Below, piece after piece: positions 29,578-39,811 of a DNA stretch of 64,000 nt. Source of the stretch: Candidatus Latescibacterota bacterium (lineage in GTDB: Bacteria > Latescibacterota > UBA2968 > UBA8231); the NCBI GenBank assembly GCA_965200315.1, contig OZ241362.1:2112001-2176000 (forward strand), written 5' to 3'. Each line of letters begins with the position of its first letter. The stretch's first letter is position 1. The translations under genes and the position numbers were made by a program. The notes under the pieces are model-generated. The model was not told the DNA's origin. It did no database searches and worked only from the letters and a program-made list of their open reading frames with translations.

Positions 29578-29797
29578 ACAATTCCTCGCGTGTCGGCCTG
29601 CGACCGTTTAGCCAGGTCATCTTGCGTGGCTTCATCGCCAAGTAACGCTTCATTGCGACCTCGTACTCATCTTCTTGACGCTGCATACTTTCGAGCAGTT
29701 CGGCCAGCCACTTGGAGACGCTGCGCTCGTTTTCAGCGGCCTTGACCCGCAGCCACCGGGCGACATCCTCCGGCAGGGTGATGGTGATGTTCTTCAT
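29555..29797 (-). CDS. Ribbon-helix-helix antitoxin
   Basis: 'MKNITITLPEDVARWLRVKAAE…SVS'; overlaps the PIN gene. Confidence 0.85.
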   Translation of the reverse strand: MKNITITLPEDVARWLRVKAAENERSVSKWLAELLESMQRQEDEYEVAMKRYLAMKPRKMTWLNGRRPTREELYDRPGLR

Positions 29798-29900
29798 ACG
29801 AAGACCTCCAATATCCGCAAAATAGTCCGTGATGATCTATATAACATGAGAATAGTGGAACACAGAAACTGTGTCAATGAAGCCGAGATTATTACTCAAC

Positions 29901-30345
29901 CTATTCGGCAAACTTTTGCTTGAGTGCTCCCCAGCTCTCGGCAGCTATCGCGCTGGCCGGGCTATATATCTCGGTGAGGCGGGCGATTTGGGTGGCCGTA
30001 GGCGGCGGGAGGGTGCCGCTGGCGAAAGTCTGCTTCGTCTCTACAACCGAGACGACGGCCCCAATCCCACGGGCATACCAAACATAGGCATCTATCTCGG
30101 CGGTCACTTCGCCCAAAGACGCGAGTTGATCGTTGCCGGTGAAGGTAACGACGCCGGTGCCGGTCTGGTGGAGGCGCAGGCACTCAAAGGTGCCCGCGGG
30201 TAGCCGAATCTCGCCCCACGCATCAATCGCGTACTGATAGTTGTACAGGCCGGAGCTTATCACCCGAGGTGCTAGGGTCTGGTCCAAGGAGAAATTTTCG
30301 ATCATCCAGCTTTTGCCGAATTCCAGAGGCCAAGGACATGGTGGT
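29901..30345 (-). pseudogene. C-terminal part of a secreted protein with 'SWGALK' tail
   Basis: Frame extends upstream as 'PWPLEFGKSW'; 'LPAGTFECLR', 'WYARGIG.V'; no signal peptide present. Confidence 0.5.
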
Positions 30346-30386
30346 ACTCCTTCTGGTGATGATGATGAAGATAGGGAGGCGTACGC

Positions 30387-30570
30387 TCACGACGCCAAGG
30401 CCGCCAGTGTCTCCTCCGGCGTTCGGTCCGGCGAGGCAAACGGATTGACCACCTCAACTGCGCCGAATCCTTGGCCGGGTTGCCGGTCCTCAGTCCGCAG
30501 AACCTGCGCGGCGGCGATGCGGAGCGCATCCCACCAAGACGAGGGGACGCGGCCCAAGCTCGATTTAGGG
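30387..30570 (-). pseudogene. Degenerate duplicate of the 3' half of the PIN toxin gene
   Basis: Aligns to 29113-29320 ('SWWDAL.IAAAQ', 'VVNPFASP.RTPEE.LAALAS') with deletions. Confidence 0.85.
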
Positions 30571-30648
30571 TGGCCTTTTGCACGGCAGACTCTCCTCGGT
30601 TGAGGTCCAAGGTCGAGCATGGGGTTTACTCCTTTGCCATTGCTTTCG

Positions 30649-31152
30649 TCAATGGTTGATCGGCACCTTTTCGCCAGTTTCCGCGCTCGCGTAAATCGCG
30701 TCCAGCAGCTTCATGAAGGTCAGCGCCTCGTCGGGAGAGACATCGGGCGCCTGGGCACCGCGAATCGCACCGGCAAAATCGCGGATCTCCGCGTTGAAAT
30801 CACCGTCTCCGTGTTCCACAAAGTCCCCAGTGGAATCGTCGCCCTCAGTGTAGATGGCACCCAGCAACCGGCGCGTCCCCGCACGTTTCTTGCCCGCGGG
30901 CAGAGAAGTGGACTCCACCTCAATCGTGCCATTCGTACCCAAGATGCGCAAGCGCAAATCCCACGCCCGGTCCGCCCAGGTGGGAATGACCGCGGAAGTA
31001 TCCATCTGAATTGTCACACCGCCGGCGCACCCCACCAGAAAGCTCATATAATCCTCGGAGTGCCGCTCTACGCTTAGGGTCGTTGGAAACGCGCTATGGC
31101 TGACGGCAAAGGCCCATTCGGGTTGCGGACAACCGAGTAAAAACCAGGCCAC
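30649..31152 (-). pseudogene. Gfo/Idh/MocA oxidoreductase C-terminal fragment
   Basis: 'LRILGTNGTI', 'EIRDFAGAIR', 'LLDAIYASAETGEKV'; no Rossmann domain. Confidence 0.7.
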
Positions 31153-31394
31153 AAAGGGTGGTGCGGCACGATCGCGGACGAGCCGCTGTGGATGGCCTGG
31201 TGCCGACCTCGGTACTCGCCGCTGATCGAAGATGCGAGCGCTTCGATTTTGCAGCCGGGACCTTGGGGGTTGGCGTCTGTGTGCCGCAGGCGTACCAGTT
31301 GGGCGCGGTACGCGGGCGCTTCGCTGCTGACCATAAAGCGTATGGTCTGCCCGGGCCGTACGCTGAAACGGTCGCTGTACCCGACGATTTTCAT
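31074..31394 (-). pseudogene. N,N-dimethylformamidase large-subunit N-terminal fragment
   Basis: 'IVGYSDRFSVRPGQTIRFMVS', 'LVRL…DANPQGPG', 'GRHQ.IHSGS'. Confidence 0.7.
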
Positions 31395-31492
31395 TGATTT
31401 CTCCGCGCCACTAGGGCCGTGTAACGCCCCTGCAACTGGTCCGCAATAGCCTCTATAGTTGAACGCGGAAATTGTGTCAATGACGGAGATTG

Positions 31493-31539
31493 TTGACAAC
31501 AAGAGGTGTGCGGTTTAATATGGTCATGTAAAATGACTA
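31493..31539 (+). promoter_or_regulatory. Sigma70-type promoter plus palindromic operator of the phd/vapC operon
   Basis: TTGACA-17 bp-TAATAT, then inverted repeat tggtcat-gtaaa-atgacta. Confidence 0.55.
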
Positions 31540-31559
31540 TATAGTCAGGAGTTGAGACC

Positions 31560-31799
31560 ATGCAGATGTCTATCAGCGAGTTCAAAGCCAAATGCACCCA
31601 AGTCGTGCGCGAAGTCGGCACCAAATACCAAGCCGTGGAGTTGACCAATCGCGGCAAGGTCGTAGCGCGCATCGTCCCTCCTGAGCCGGAGACCAAACCC
31701 GACCCCCAATCTTTCTTCGGCTCGCTCCGCGGTACGGTCGCGTACCAGCCCGGTTGGGATGAGCCGCTCGGCGAGGATGATTGGGAAGCCTGCCAGTGA
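31560..31799 (+). CDS. Phd/YefM antitoxin
   Basis: 'SISEFKAKC', 'LTNRGKVVARIVP'. Confidence 0.9.
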   Translation: MQMSISEFKAKCTQVVREVGTKYQAVELTNRGKVVARIVPPEPETKPDPQSFFGSLRGTVAYQPGWDEPLGEDDWEACQ

Positions 31800-32194
31800 A
31801 GTACTTGCTCGACACCCATGCGTGGATCTGGGCTTTGGAGGCACCGGAAAAACTGCCCGCCCCAATAAGAGCGATGCTGCTGGAGCCGGATCACCTGCCC
31901 TTTGGGCTAGCGGCGATTAGTCCTTGGGAAGTGGCAAAAAAAGCGTCCCAGGGGCTTCTGCATTTATCTATGCCTGTGCGCCAGTGGGTAGCCCACGCCA
32001 CCCAAGCCCCGTTTATAGAGCTGCTGCCCCTTTCGGTGGATATAGCCCTCGAATCGGCGCATTTGCCTGGTTCCTTCCACAAAGACCCGGCCGACCAAAT
32101 GATCGTCGCCACAGCGCGGCTGCACAGTCTGGTGCTAATCAGTGCCGACCAACGGCTGTGCGCCTATCCACACGTGCAAACAAAGTGGCGATAG
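31796..32194 (+). CDS. VapC PIN toxin
   Basis: 'LLDTHAWIW', 'ISPWEVA', 'HKDPADQMIVATA', 'SAD'; GTGA overlap. Confidence 0.92.
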   Translation: MKYLLDTHAWIWALEAPEKLPAPIRAMLLEPDHLPFGLAAISPWEVAKKASQGLLHLSMPVRQWVAHATQAPFIELLPLSVDIALESAHLPGSFHKDPADQMIVATARLHSLVLISADQRLCAYPHVQTKWR

Positions 32195-32362
32195 CAAATC
32201 AATGGGGCTTATATACGTGAGTGACCAACAGTTGGTGAAGATCTGATAGCTGGGAAACCGACGGACTTTGCGGCTCCACAAATTTGCTTACTGCTGGATA
32301 TTAGTCAAGATACCCGGTCTTGTTTCTACTATTCTGCGGCCATCTGCGGATACCAAACGCAA

Positions 32363-33043
32363 CTACGCCAGTTGCTCGTCCGAAGCGATGCGACCGTCGT
32401 GGATGCGGATCAGCCGCTTGGCCTGTAAGGCAATAGCGGGATCGTGGGTCACCAACAGCACGGTGTTGCCCTCCTCGTGCAGGGCGTCGAAGAGGATCAT
32501 AATATCCTCGCCCGTTTGCGAATCGAGGTTGCCGGTCGGCTCGTCGGCCAATAGCAGCGAAGGCCCGTTAGCTAAGGCGCGGGCAATGGCCACCCGCTGA
32601 CATTGCCCGCCGGACAGCTCGGCTGGACGGTGCGTCATGCGGTCGGCCAAGCCAACCCGCTCCAACGCCTGAATCGCCCGGGTGCGGCGCACCTTGCGAC
32701 GCTGGCCGTTGTAGATCAGCGGCAGCTCGACGTTTTGCAGCGCCGACGCACGCGGCAGCAAGTTGAAGGTCTGGAAGATGAAGCCGACGCGGCTGTTGCG
32801 CACTTCGGCCAGCTCGTTGGCATTCATGCGCGACACATCTGCGCCGGCCAAGCGATACGTTCCGTCCGTGGGCGAATCGAGGCAGCCGAGGATGTTCATC
32901 AGCGTGGACTTGCCCGAGCCAGAAGGCCCCATCAGCGCGACGTATTCGTTGGCGTCAATTGCCAAATCCACCGAGCGCAGCGCATGCACCTCTTCGGCAC
33001 CGCGCACGTAAACCTTGCTAACACCATTCAGTTCGATCAGCAC
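32363..33043 (-). CDS. MacB/LolD-type ABC ATP-binding protein
   Basis: GPSGSGKST, 'LSGGQCQR', '[11 protein letters not shown]'. Confidence 0.95.
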   Translation of the reverse strand: MLIELNGVSKVYVRGAEEVHALRSVDLAIDANEYVALMGPSGSGKSTLMNILGCLDSPTDGTYRLAGADVSRMNANELAEVRNSRVGFIFQTFNLLPRASALQNVELPLIYNGQRRKVRRTRAIQALERVGLADRMTHRPAELSGGQCQRVAIARALANGPSLLLADEPTGNLDSQTGEDIMILFDALHEEGNTVLLVTHDPAIALQAKRLIRIHDGRIASDEQLA

Positions 33044-33047
33044 GAAA

Positions 33048-34271
33048 TCACTCCGAGCGCAACGCATCCACCGGATCGAGCCGCGAGGCGCGGGCCGCCG
33101 GATAGATGCCAAAGAAAAGGCCAATCGCGATAGACAAGGCCAGCACCAGCAGCGTGGCCTCCGGCGAAACAATGCTGGGAAAGTCCAATTCGCTGTAATG
33201 GGAAATGACGCGCGTAATGCCCTCGCCCAACCCATAGCCCGCAGCCACCCCGAGCGCTCCCCCCGTCCAACTCAGAGCCATCGCCTCTATCACGAACTGC
33301 CACAACAGCGTCACCGGCTTGGCACCGAGAGCCTTGCGGATGCCAATTTCGCGGGTGCGCTCGGCGACCGATACCAGCAGGATGTTCATAATGCCAATGC
33401 CGCCGACCAACAGCGAAATCCCCGCAATCCCACCCACGACCAACTTCAACAGCAAAATGGTCTGCTCGACCTGCTCCAAGATGCTGCGACCGCTGACGAT
33501 CTGATAGCTAGCCTCTGGGCCGTGGCGCTTTTTGAGCGCCTTTTCAATGGCCTCGGTAATGTGGGGCACGTCTTCGCTCTCCTTGGCGTGAGCGACCAAG
33601 GCTTGGATGTACTTGTTGCCGGCGAGCCGTCGCTGGGCCGTGGTCACTGGCACCAACACTTGGTCTCCCCAGTCTCGGCCGAAAGTCTGGCGCTCTTCCA
33701 TCAGGCCGACAACGGTAAAGCGCTGGCCGTTGAGCTTGAGCTCGCGGCCCAAGAAGGGGGCCAAGCCAAACACCTCCTCGCGCACCTTCTGCCCAATCAC
33801 GCAGACCCGGCGCAGCTTGTCCAAGTCGGCGTTGATGAGGAAGCGACCCTCGGCGACCTTCCAGTTGTACACCTCGGCGAACTCGGGCAGGGTACCATCC
33901 GCACTGCTCTGGTAGCTGGCCTTGCGATAGCGCAGCTTGGCCCCATGCGTCATAGAGGGCAGGACCGCGGCTAAACGATCAGAGGCTTGCTCGACTACGC
34001 GCAGGTCATCCATGGTCAAGGGCTTGTAGTGAGGGTTGGGGACCCAGCGGCCGTCCTTGAGCTGCATGTATTGCGGCGTAATCATCACGAACTGCGCCCC
34101 GCCTAACTTGCCGAACTCGTCAATGACAAACTGCCGCATCCCCTCGCCAATCGACACGATGCCGACGACCGCGCCGACCCCAATCATCATGCCCAGCAGG
34201 GTCAGCGCCGTGCGCAGCTTGTTGACCCATATTTGCCCGAGGGCAATGCGGATGGCTTCGAGGAAGATCAT
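33048..34271 (-). CDS. MacB/FtsX-type ABC permease
   Basis: '[11 protein letters not shown]', '[28 protein letters not shown]'. Confidence 0.93.
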   Translation of the reverse strand: MIFLEAIRIALGQIWVNKLRTALTLLGMMIGVGAVVGIVSIGEGMRQFVIDEFGKLGGAQFVMITPQYMQLKDGRWVPNPHYKPLTMDDLRVVEQASDRLAAVLPSMTHGAKLRYRKASYQSSADGTLPEFAEVYNWKVAEGRFLINADLDKLRRVCVIGQKVREEVFGLAPFLGRELKLNGQRFTVVGLMEERQTFGRDWGDQVLVPVTTAQRRLAGNKYIQALVAHAKESEDVPHITEAIEKALKKRHGPEASYQIVSGRSILEQVEQTILLLKLVVGGIAGISLLVGGIGIMNILLVSVAERTREIGIRKALGAKPVTLLWQFVIEAMALSWTGGALGVAAGYGLGEGITRVISHYSELDFPSIVSPEATLLVLALSIAIGLFFGIYPAARASRLDPVDALRSE

Positions 34272-35497
34272 GTGCGGCGCAGCGCTTCTACCGGATCGAG
34301 CCGGGCCGCGCGAAAGGCGGGATAGACGCCAAAAAAGATGCCGACCACCGATGAAAAGCCGACGGCCCACAGCACGGACTCAGCCGAGACAATGCTGGTA
34401 AAAGGCGCGCCGGGCGCGAGCTGCTGAATGATGAAAGCGGCCCCCAAGCCAAAGCCGAAGCCGCAGAGGATCCCCAACAGGCCGCCGACCATGCTCAACA
34501 CCACGGCCTCGGCGAGGAACTGGCCGAGGATGTGGCGCGGCTTGGCGCCGAGAGCCTTGCGGATGCCAATCTCGCGGGTGCGTTCGGCCACCGACACCAG
34601 CAAGATATTCATAATGCCAATGCCGCCGACCAACAGCGAAATCCCCGCAATCCCACCGCCCACTTGCTGCAAGACGCGGAAGAACTCATTGGCGTCATCG
34701 ATCTGTCCCTCGCTGGTTTCCACTTCAAAGGCGTCACCGTGCTCGTGGTGTCGCCGGAGGATGCGGCGCACCGCTTCAACGACCCGCTCAACGGTGTCTA
34801 AATCCTCGACGAAGAGCGTGAGTTCCGAGAAGTGATCCTCGCCTTGCAGCCGCTTTTGGGCTGTGGTGTACGGGACCAATACGCGGTTGCCCCTGCTCTG
34901 ACCAAAGCGGACGCGCTCGGCGAGCACGCCAATCACCACGTAGCGGTCGCCGTTGAGCAGGATCTCCGCGCCCAGCGGGTCGGCCCTCTGAAAGAGGTCT
35001 TTATGCACATCACCGCCGAGCAGGCAGACCTTGCGGGCGAGGCGCAAGTCGTCCGCACTCAGGGGCCGGCCGCTGGTCACAGGCCAGTTGAAGCCTTCGT
35101 TGAACGCCCCGGAAGTGCCCGTATAGCTCGCCTGCACGGTGGTCTTGCCGCGCTGTAGGGCGGCACTGCCCTCGACGCTAGGCACGAGGGCGTGTAACTC
35201 GTCTATTTCTCGCTGCATGGCCGCCATGTCGGCCGCAGTCAGATGCTCCTGCCACGGGCGGCGCACCCAGCGGCCATCCTTGCGCACCCACTGGCGCGGC
35301 GGCTCCACCTCTATCATGCCCGCCCCACCGCTGAAAATGAACTGCGAGATCACCTCGCGGCGCAGTCCCTCCCCCAGCGACACCACGGCAATGATCGCCG
35401 CCACGCCAATGACAATCCCTAGCAGCGTCAGCAGCGAGCGCAGCTTATGCGCCCGGAGCTGACCTAGGCCGGCAAAGAGGGGTTCGAGAACGGTCAT
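34268..35497 (-). CDS. MacB/FtsX-type ABC permease
   Basis: Same motifs as its neighbour; 'GVYPA.RAARLDPVEALR'. Confidence 0.93.
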   Translation of the reverse strand: MTVLEPLFAGLGQLRAHKLRSLLTLLGIVIGVAAIIAVVSLGEGLRREVISQFIFSGGAGMIEVEPPRQWVRKDGRWVRRPWQEHLTAADMAAMQREIDELHALVPSVEGSAALQRGKTTVQASYTGTSGAFNEGFNWPVTSGRPLSADDLRLARKVCLLGGDVHKDLFQRADPLGAEILLNGDRYVVIGVLAERVRFGQSRGNRVLVPYTTAQKRLQGEDHFSELTLFVEDLDTVERVVEAVRRILRRHHEHGDAFEVETSEGQIDDANEFFRVLQQVGGGIAGISLLVGGIGIMNILLVSVAERTREIGIRKALGAKPRHILGQFLAEAVVLSMVGGLLGILCGFGFGLGAAFIIQQLAPGAPFTSIVSAESVLWAVGFSSVVGIFFGVYPAFRAARLDPVEALRRT

Positions 35498-35649
35498 CGG
35501 CGTTTTTCGTCCTTTAGCTTTAGGTCGAAGACGCAGCAATTAAAGCGTTGAAGATAAGCCATATAACTACAAGCCCAAAACGGCACCGAGAATTCCACTC
35601 CCGTTAATTTGGCCAACGACGATCAGCCCTATCTTGCACCGCCGATATG

Positions 35650-35687
35650 TATTGACTAAATTTATTCATTACCTATTGACTAAATTT
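35650..35687 (+). promoter_or_regulatory. 14-bp direct repeat containing TTGACT in an AT-rich promoter region
   Basis: tattgactaaattt at 35650 and 35674. Confidence 0.5.
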
Positions 35688-35715
35688 TTATAATAAACGT
35701 AACTACAATATATCA

Positions 35716-37101
35716 ATGAATTTAGAAGAATTCCAAATTCACAATAGTCATCTTGAAGGTGCCTTTTCCGACCTCGACCCGCACCTCAGACGCCTGCGCA
35801 ATCAGCCCCTAATCTATCGCTTTCCCCTCCTCGACCGCCTGCCGCGCAACCAGCCGGGCATTTACACGGTGGGCGGGGGCCGCCAGATTGGCAAAACTAC
35901 CCTGCTCAAACAGTGGATGGCCGACCTCCTTGCAACCGGCGTTGACCCAGCTCGTCTGCGCTTTTTCACCGGCGAACTCATCGACGATCACCACGCGCTA
36001 GTGCGCTTGGTATCAACTCTACTGCGAGAAATGCCCACCGAGGGCCGGCGCTATATCCTGCTTGACGAAGTAACCTATATCGCCGGTTGGGACAAGGGGA
36101 TCAAGTACCTCGCCGACGCCGGCTTGCTCGAAGGCGTCGTGCTCATTGCGACCGGCTCGGACATGGCGGTCATCCAAGAGGCCCGCATGCGTTTTCCTGG
36201 CCGCAGAGGGCAAGCCGCAGAGGTTGACTTTCACCTCTATCCCCTGAGCTTTGCCGCGGCCGTGGGTCTAAAGCGCTCGCTGAGCAGCCAAGAGTTGCTA
36301 CAATTGGCACAGCCTAAATCGCCGCTACCCGAAGAGATAGAGCAAGTCCTGCGCGAGGAATTTCTCGCCTATCTAGTCCACGGCGGCTTTCTCACCGCCA
36401 TCAACGATATGGCTCGCCACGACTGCATCCTTCCGGCCACATTCGCCACGTACAGCGACTGGATACGCGGAGATATGCTCAAGCGCGGCAAACAGGAGCA
36501 CTATTTGGGCGAAGTGCTGGCCGCCATTGTCCGCTGCTGCGGCACCCAGACCACGTATAACGCCTTGGCCCGCACACTTAGCATCGACCATCCCGCTACC
36601 GTGAGCGACTATATCGCCCTGCTCACCTCTATGGATGTCCTCCGCATGCAGCCGGCCTTGCGCGAGGACAAGCTGACCGGTGCGCCGAAAAAGGCACGCA
36701 GAATCAGCTTTTGCGATCCCTTCATTTTCCACGCCGTGCAAAGCTGGCTACACGCGGCGCAGGACCCTTTCGCCACCGAGGTGCGCCCCCTCCTCGCCGA
36801 CCCCGAGCTCACCGCCACCCTAGTAGAAGCCTGCGCCGTTGCCCATTATAGCCGTCGCTATCCCACCTACTATATCAAAGGCGAGGGCGAAGTGGATATC
36901 GCTTATGTAAAAGACGGTCGTTTTTGGCCCGTGGAAATCAATTGGACGGACCAGTTGCGGCCTAAGACGCTCAAGCAGATCAGCAAGTACGCCAACAGCC
37001 GCATCCTCACCCGCCGGAGTGCGCCAGCGAAAATAGGAGGTATTCCCGTCGAGTTCCTGCCCCAGGCCCTGCTGCGCCTAGACCTAGAGGAGCGGACTTA
37101 A
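35716..37101 (+). CDS. AAA_14-like ATPase with DUF4143-like C-terminus
   Basis: 'GGRQIGKTT', 'LLDEV', 'ATGS', degenerate nuclease 'EVDI…PVEI'. Confidence 0.85.
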   Translation: MNLEEFQIHNSHLEGAFSDLDPHLRRLRNQPLIYRFPLLDRLPRNQPGIYTVGGGRQIGKTTLLKQWMADLLATGVDPARLRFFTGELIDDHHALVRLVSTLLREMPTEGRRYILLDEVTYIAGWDKGIKYLADAGLLEGVVLIATGSDMAVIQEARMRFPGRRGQAAEVDFHLYPLSFAAAVGLKRSLSSQELLQLAQPKSPLPEEIEQVLREEFLAYLVHGGFLTAINDMARHDCILPATFATYSDWIRGDMLKRGKQEHYLGEVLAAIVRCCGTQTTYNALARTLSIDHPATVSDYIALLTSMDVLRMQPALREDKLTGAPKKARRISFCDPFIFHAVQSWLHAAQDPFATEVRPLLADPELTATLVEACAVAHYSRRYPTYYIKGEGEVDIAYVKDGRFWPVEINWTDQLRPKTLKQISKYANSRILTRRSAPAKIGGIPVEFLPQALLRLDLEERT

Positions 37102-37297
37102 AACGTCATCCCTTTCAGCCGACCGCAACCTCGGTCTCCTCCTCATCTTCCAGGACTTGGAACAAGACGCCTCGATCAAAGCAAGACTGCCCGGGCAGGA
37201 TGGTCTCCCTGTATGCACTCCGCAAGCAGGCATCCGGAACGCACCGCACAGCCGTCGGCCGGAGCCGGCCCCTAGCCCACGGGCCGATAGGTTAGGC

Positions 37298-37350
37298 TGG
37301 ATTCCCGCCCCGTGTCGGGGCACGGGGTGACGTTCTTGCGCGGGAATGAC
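37298..37350. repeat. REP-like palindromic element
   Basis: attcccgc…gcgggaat enclosing ccccgtgtc-gg-ggcacgggg. Confidence 0.65.
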
Positions 37351-37437
37351 AACGGGGGAACGGCAGGAAGCAGCACAGGCTATATGAAGACCGCGTAACG
37401 GCAGTTATCTAACTGACGTTACACAAGCCCTAGGTCA

Positions 37438-37597
37438 GAAGCTGTTGAGTTATCCGGCGGTGGTTTCGATTCTCTTCGCAAGCCCTATCCCCCCGGCCCC
37501 CTTTCCGACGCGGAAAGGGGGACAACAGCCGGTTCGCCCTGCCTCGCAGGAAGGGGGGCTAAGGGGTAGGTCTCACGAAGAATAGCTCAACAGCTTC
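37438..37597. mobile_element. MITE, 160 bp
   Basis: TIR gaagctgttgagttat / atagctcaacagcttc (15/16) flanked by TCA on both sides. Confidence 0.8.
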
Positions 37598-37659
37598 TCA
37601 GGGATGCTTCCCTTCGCTCAGCATGACAAGCGTCGGCGCGTTCCCTTGCTCTGTCGGGC

Positions 37660-38937
37660 TCAGCGTTCCTCGTCCTCCTCGTCCTTCTCCGCATCTTCGT
37701 TCCCCTCCAACTTGCTGCGAATGAGGCTGGGGTCTTCGGCAACGCGGTCGCCGCTGGCAAGGCCGGAGAGAATTTCAAAGCGCGTCGAAGTCTCAATGCC
37801 GATGGCCAATTCCACCTCGGCGAAAGCACTGAGCGGCAGGTGCAGCGCACTGTCTGGGCGCGTGCTGTCCGCCGCTGCGGCGAGCGAATCCGGCGACTCG
37901 GCCATATAGGCGACAAAACGGCCGTGCTCGTCTTCTTCGTCCTCGTCGTCAAACACTTCCAGCACCCGCTCCACCGGCAGGTACACCGCGCTGTCGCGCC
38001 GCGCAAACAGAATGTCGATGTCGCACGACATGCCCTGGCGCAGGCGCGGCGCGTGGTCGGTAATCTCGATCTCGGTGTCAAAGGTGACGATGGTGCTGCC
38101 CTGCCGCTGCTGACCCACCGGAGCGATCCAGCGCACCCGACCGCCATACGTGGTGTCGGGATACGCATCCACGACAATGTCCACGGCTTGGCCAACCTCC
38201 ACCCGGCCAATGTCGATTTCCGCGATGTCGCCGCGCACGATGAGCTGGCTGGGGTCGCCGATCTGGAACAGTACCGTCCCGCCAGAATACGACGACAGCC
38301 CAGAGGCCACCACCTCGCCGATTTCCACGTTGCGGCGGATGACAATGCCGTCAATCGGGGCGAGGACGCGCATCTCGTCGAGCGCGACTTGATCTTCTGA
38401 GAGTTGGTCGCGCTGTAGGTTGGCCTTGGCTTCGAGCATGTCGAGTTCGAGTTGGGCTAAGCGCAGGCCGGTGCGCGCGCGCGTCAGGCGCACCTCGGCT
38501 TCCTCAAACTGCTTGGCCGGTATCATCTTGCGGTCGAACAGGGCCTTCTGACGCTCAAAGTTCCGCTCCTGCTCCGCTAGGTCAATTTTGCCCTGCTCCA
38601 CGCTGGAACGCTTCTGATACAATTGCAGCGATTGATTGGGGTCTGGCTCGATGACGGCCATCAGTTCGCCCGTCTCCACCCACTCGCCAGCCTCTATGGG
38701 CAAGTCGCGGATTTCGCCGGCAATGGTGGATTTGACCTCCACGGTCCGCACCAGCTTGATGCGGCCGGTTTCAGCCAGCTTATCGACGACCGCGCCCCGC
38801 TCGACGAGTGCCGTGGGATAGGTTGCTTCGGCCTTTTCCTGCCGCAGGTTGAAATAGACCGCCGCTCCGACCGAGCCGGCCAACAGCAAGAAGACGAGGA
38901 GCTTTACGAGGCGACGTCTTTGAGTCGTTGGGGACAC
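37660..38937 (-). CDS. MacA-like efflux periplasmic adaptor (MFP)
   Basis: N-terminal TM, 'APIDGIV', 'EIDIGRV..GQ', 'LRQGMS'. Confidence 0.9.
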   Translation of the reverse strand: MSPTTQRRRLVKLLVFLLLAGSVGAAVYFNLRQEKAEATYPTALVERGAVVDKLAETGRIKLVRTVEVKSTIAGEIRDLPIEAGEWVETGELMAVIEPDPNQSLQLYQKRSSVEQGKIDLAEQERNFERQKALFDRKMIPAKQFEEAEVRLTRARTGLRLAQLELDMLEAKANLQRDQLSEDQVALDEMRVLAPIDGIVIRRNVEIGEVVASGLSSYSGGTVLFQIGDPSQLIVRGDIAEIDIGRVEVGQAVDIVVDAYPDTTYGGRVRWIAPVGQQRQGSTIVTFDTEIEITDHAPRLRQGMSCDIDILFARRDSAVYLPVERVLEVFDDEDEEDEHGRFVAYMAESPDSLAAAADSTRPDSALHLPLSAFAEVELAIGIETSTRFEILSGLASGDRVAEDPSLIRSKLEGNEDAEKDEEDEER

Positions 38938-38941
38938 CAGA

Positions 38942-39658
38942 TTAGCCTTGGGGGGCAAAGGCTGCACCGAGCGAAGCGAACCCGGCGATCCAACCTATCC
39001 AAAGGAGCGACAGCACAATGGCCCCAATGTAAGCCCGGCTGCGATCTACCTGCCCGACGATGGACAGACCAAGCCCGACGAGCACGGTCCACCAAATTAA
39101 AAATGGGTCCATTTCGGCCAGAAAGCGCCCGCCGAAACTTTGCAGGGCCTCCTCGGACAGGAAAAGCCCTAGCCCCATTTGGATTTCCGTCGTCTTACTG
39201 GCCGAAATGAGCAGCGCAGCGACTATTTGTTGGGGAAGGATGACCAGCCCGGCGTAGGCCATTATGGCGAGGGCTTGGCCGTAGGAGAGCAAGCCGCCGA
39301 ATAATTTGCCCAGCACTAGGCAAAGCACAGCGGAGATGAAGAGGTAAATGAACATCACAATCGGCGTAGCGATCAGGGTCGCCACTTGGCCCGCGCCTTG
39401 GGATTGGAACTTCTCCACCATTTCGCGCTCATCGGCGGACATGTCTTTCATCTGCTGCATGTTCTCTTGGTGGGCCTCGGTTGCGATGGGTAGGACGAGC
39501 AGGGCGGCTGCCGTCGTCACTGCGGCAAGTAACGCGGTCGGCACCAGCCAGTCGGCGACACTGCGCTGCTCGCTTACAGCCTCAAAGGTCTCGGATGGAG
39601 CGTAGAAGACGCGCAATATGCGGCCGACGATGCTCATTTCTGCTTGGGGACTTTCCAT
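38942..39658 (-). CDS. Yip1-family membrane protein
   Basis: 'RVFYAPSETFE', several TMs, 'DPFLIW'; upstream of MFP. Confidence 0.8.
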   Translation of the reverse strand: MESPQAEMSIVGRILRVFYAPSETFEAVSEQRSVADWLVPTALLAAVTTAAALLVLPIATEAHQENMQQMKDMSADEREMVEKFQSQGAGQVATLIATPIVMFIYLFISAVLCLVLGKLFGGLLSYGQALAIMAYAGLVILPQQIVAALLISASKTTEIQMGLGLFLSEEALQSFGGRFLAEMDPFLIWWTVLVGLGLSIVGQVDRSRAYIGAIVLSLLWIGWIAGFASLGAAFAPQG

Positions 39659-39811
39659 GGCAGTTCCTTTGTGTGGGAGGTTTTCGCCGACAGCGGCGAA
39701 TGTTCCGGTTATAAGCAAACTAACGATTGCCTAGCACATATCCAAACAAAGAGGCCAAGGTCGTCTAGGGCTCCAATCAGGGCCAATGCCAATAGAGAGG
39801 AGACTGAATGT

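Noticed and set aside
33327-34656. Near-identical stretch shared by the two MacB permeases
   Set aside because: Covers the most conserved family motif; ordinary paralogy
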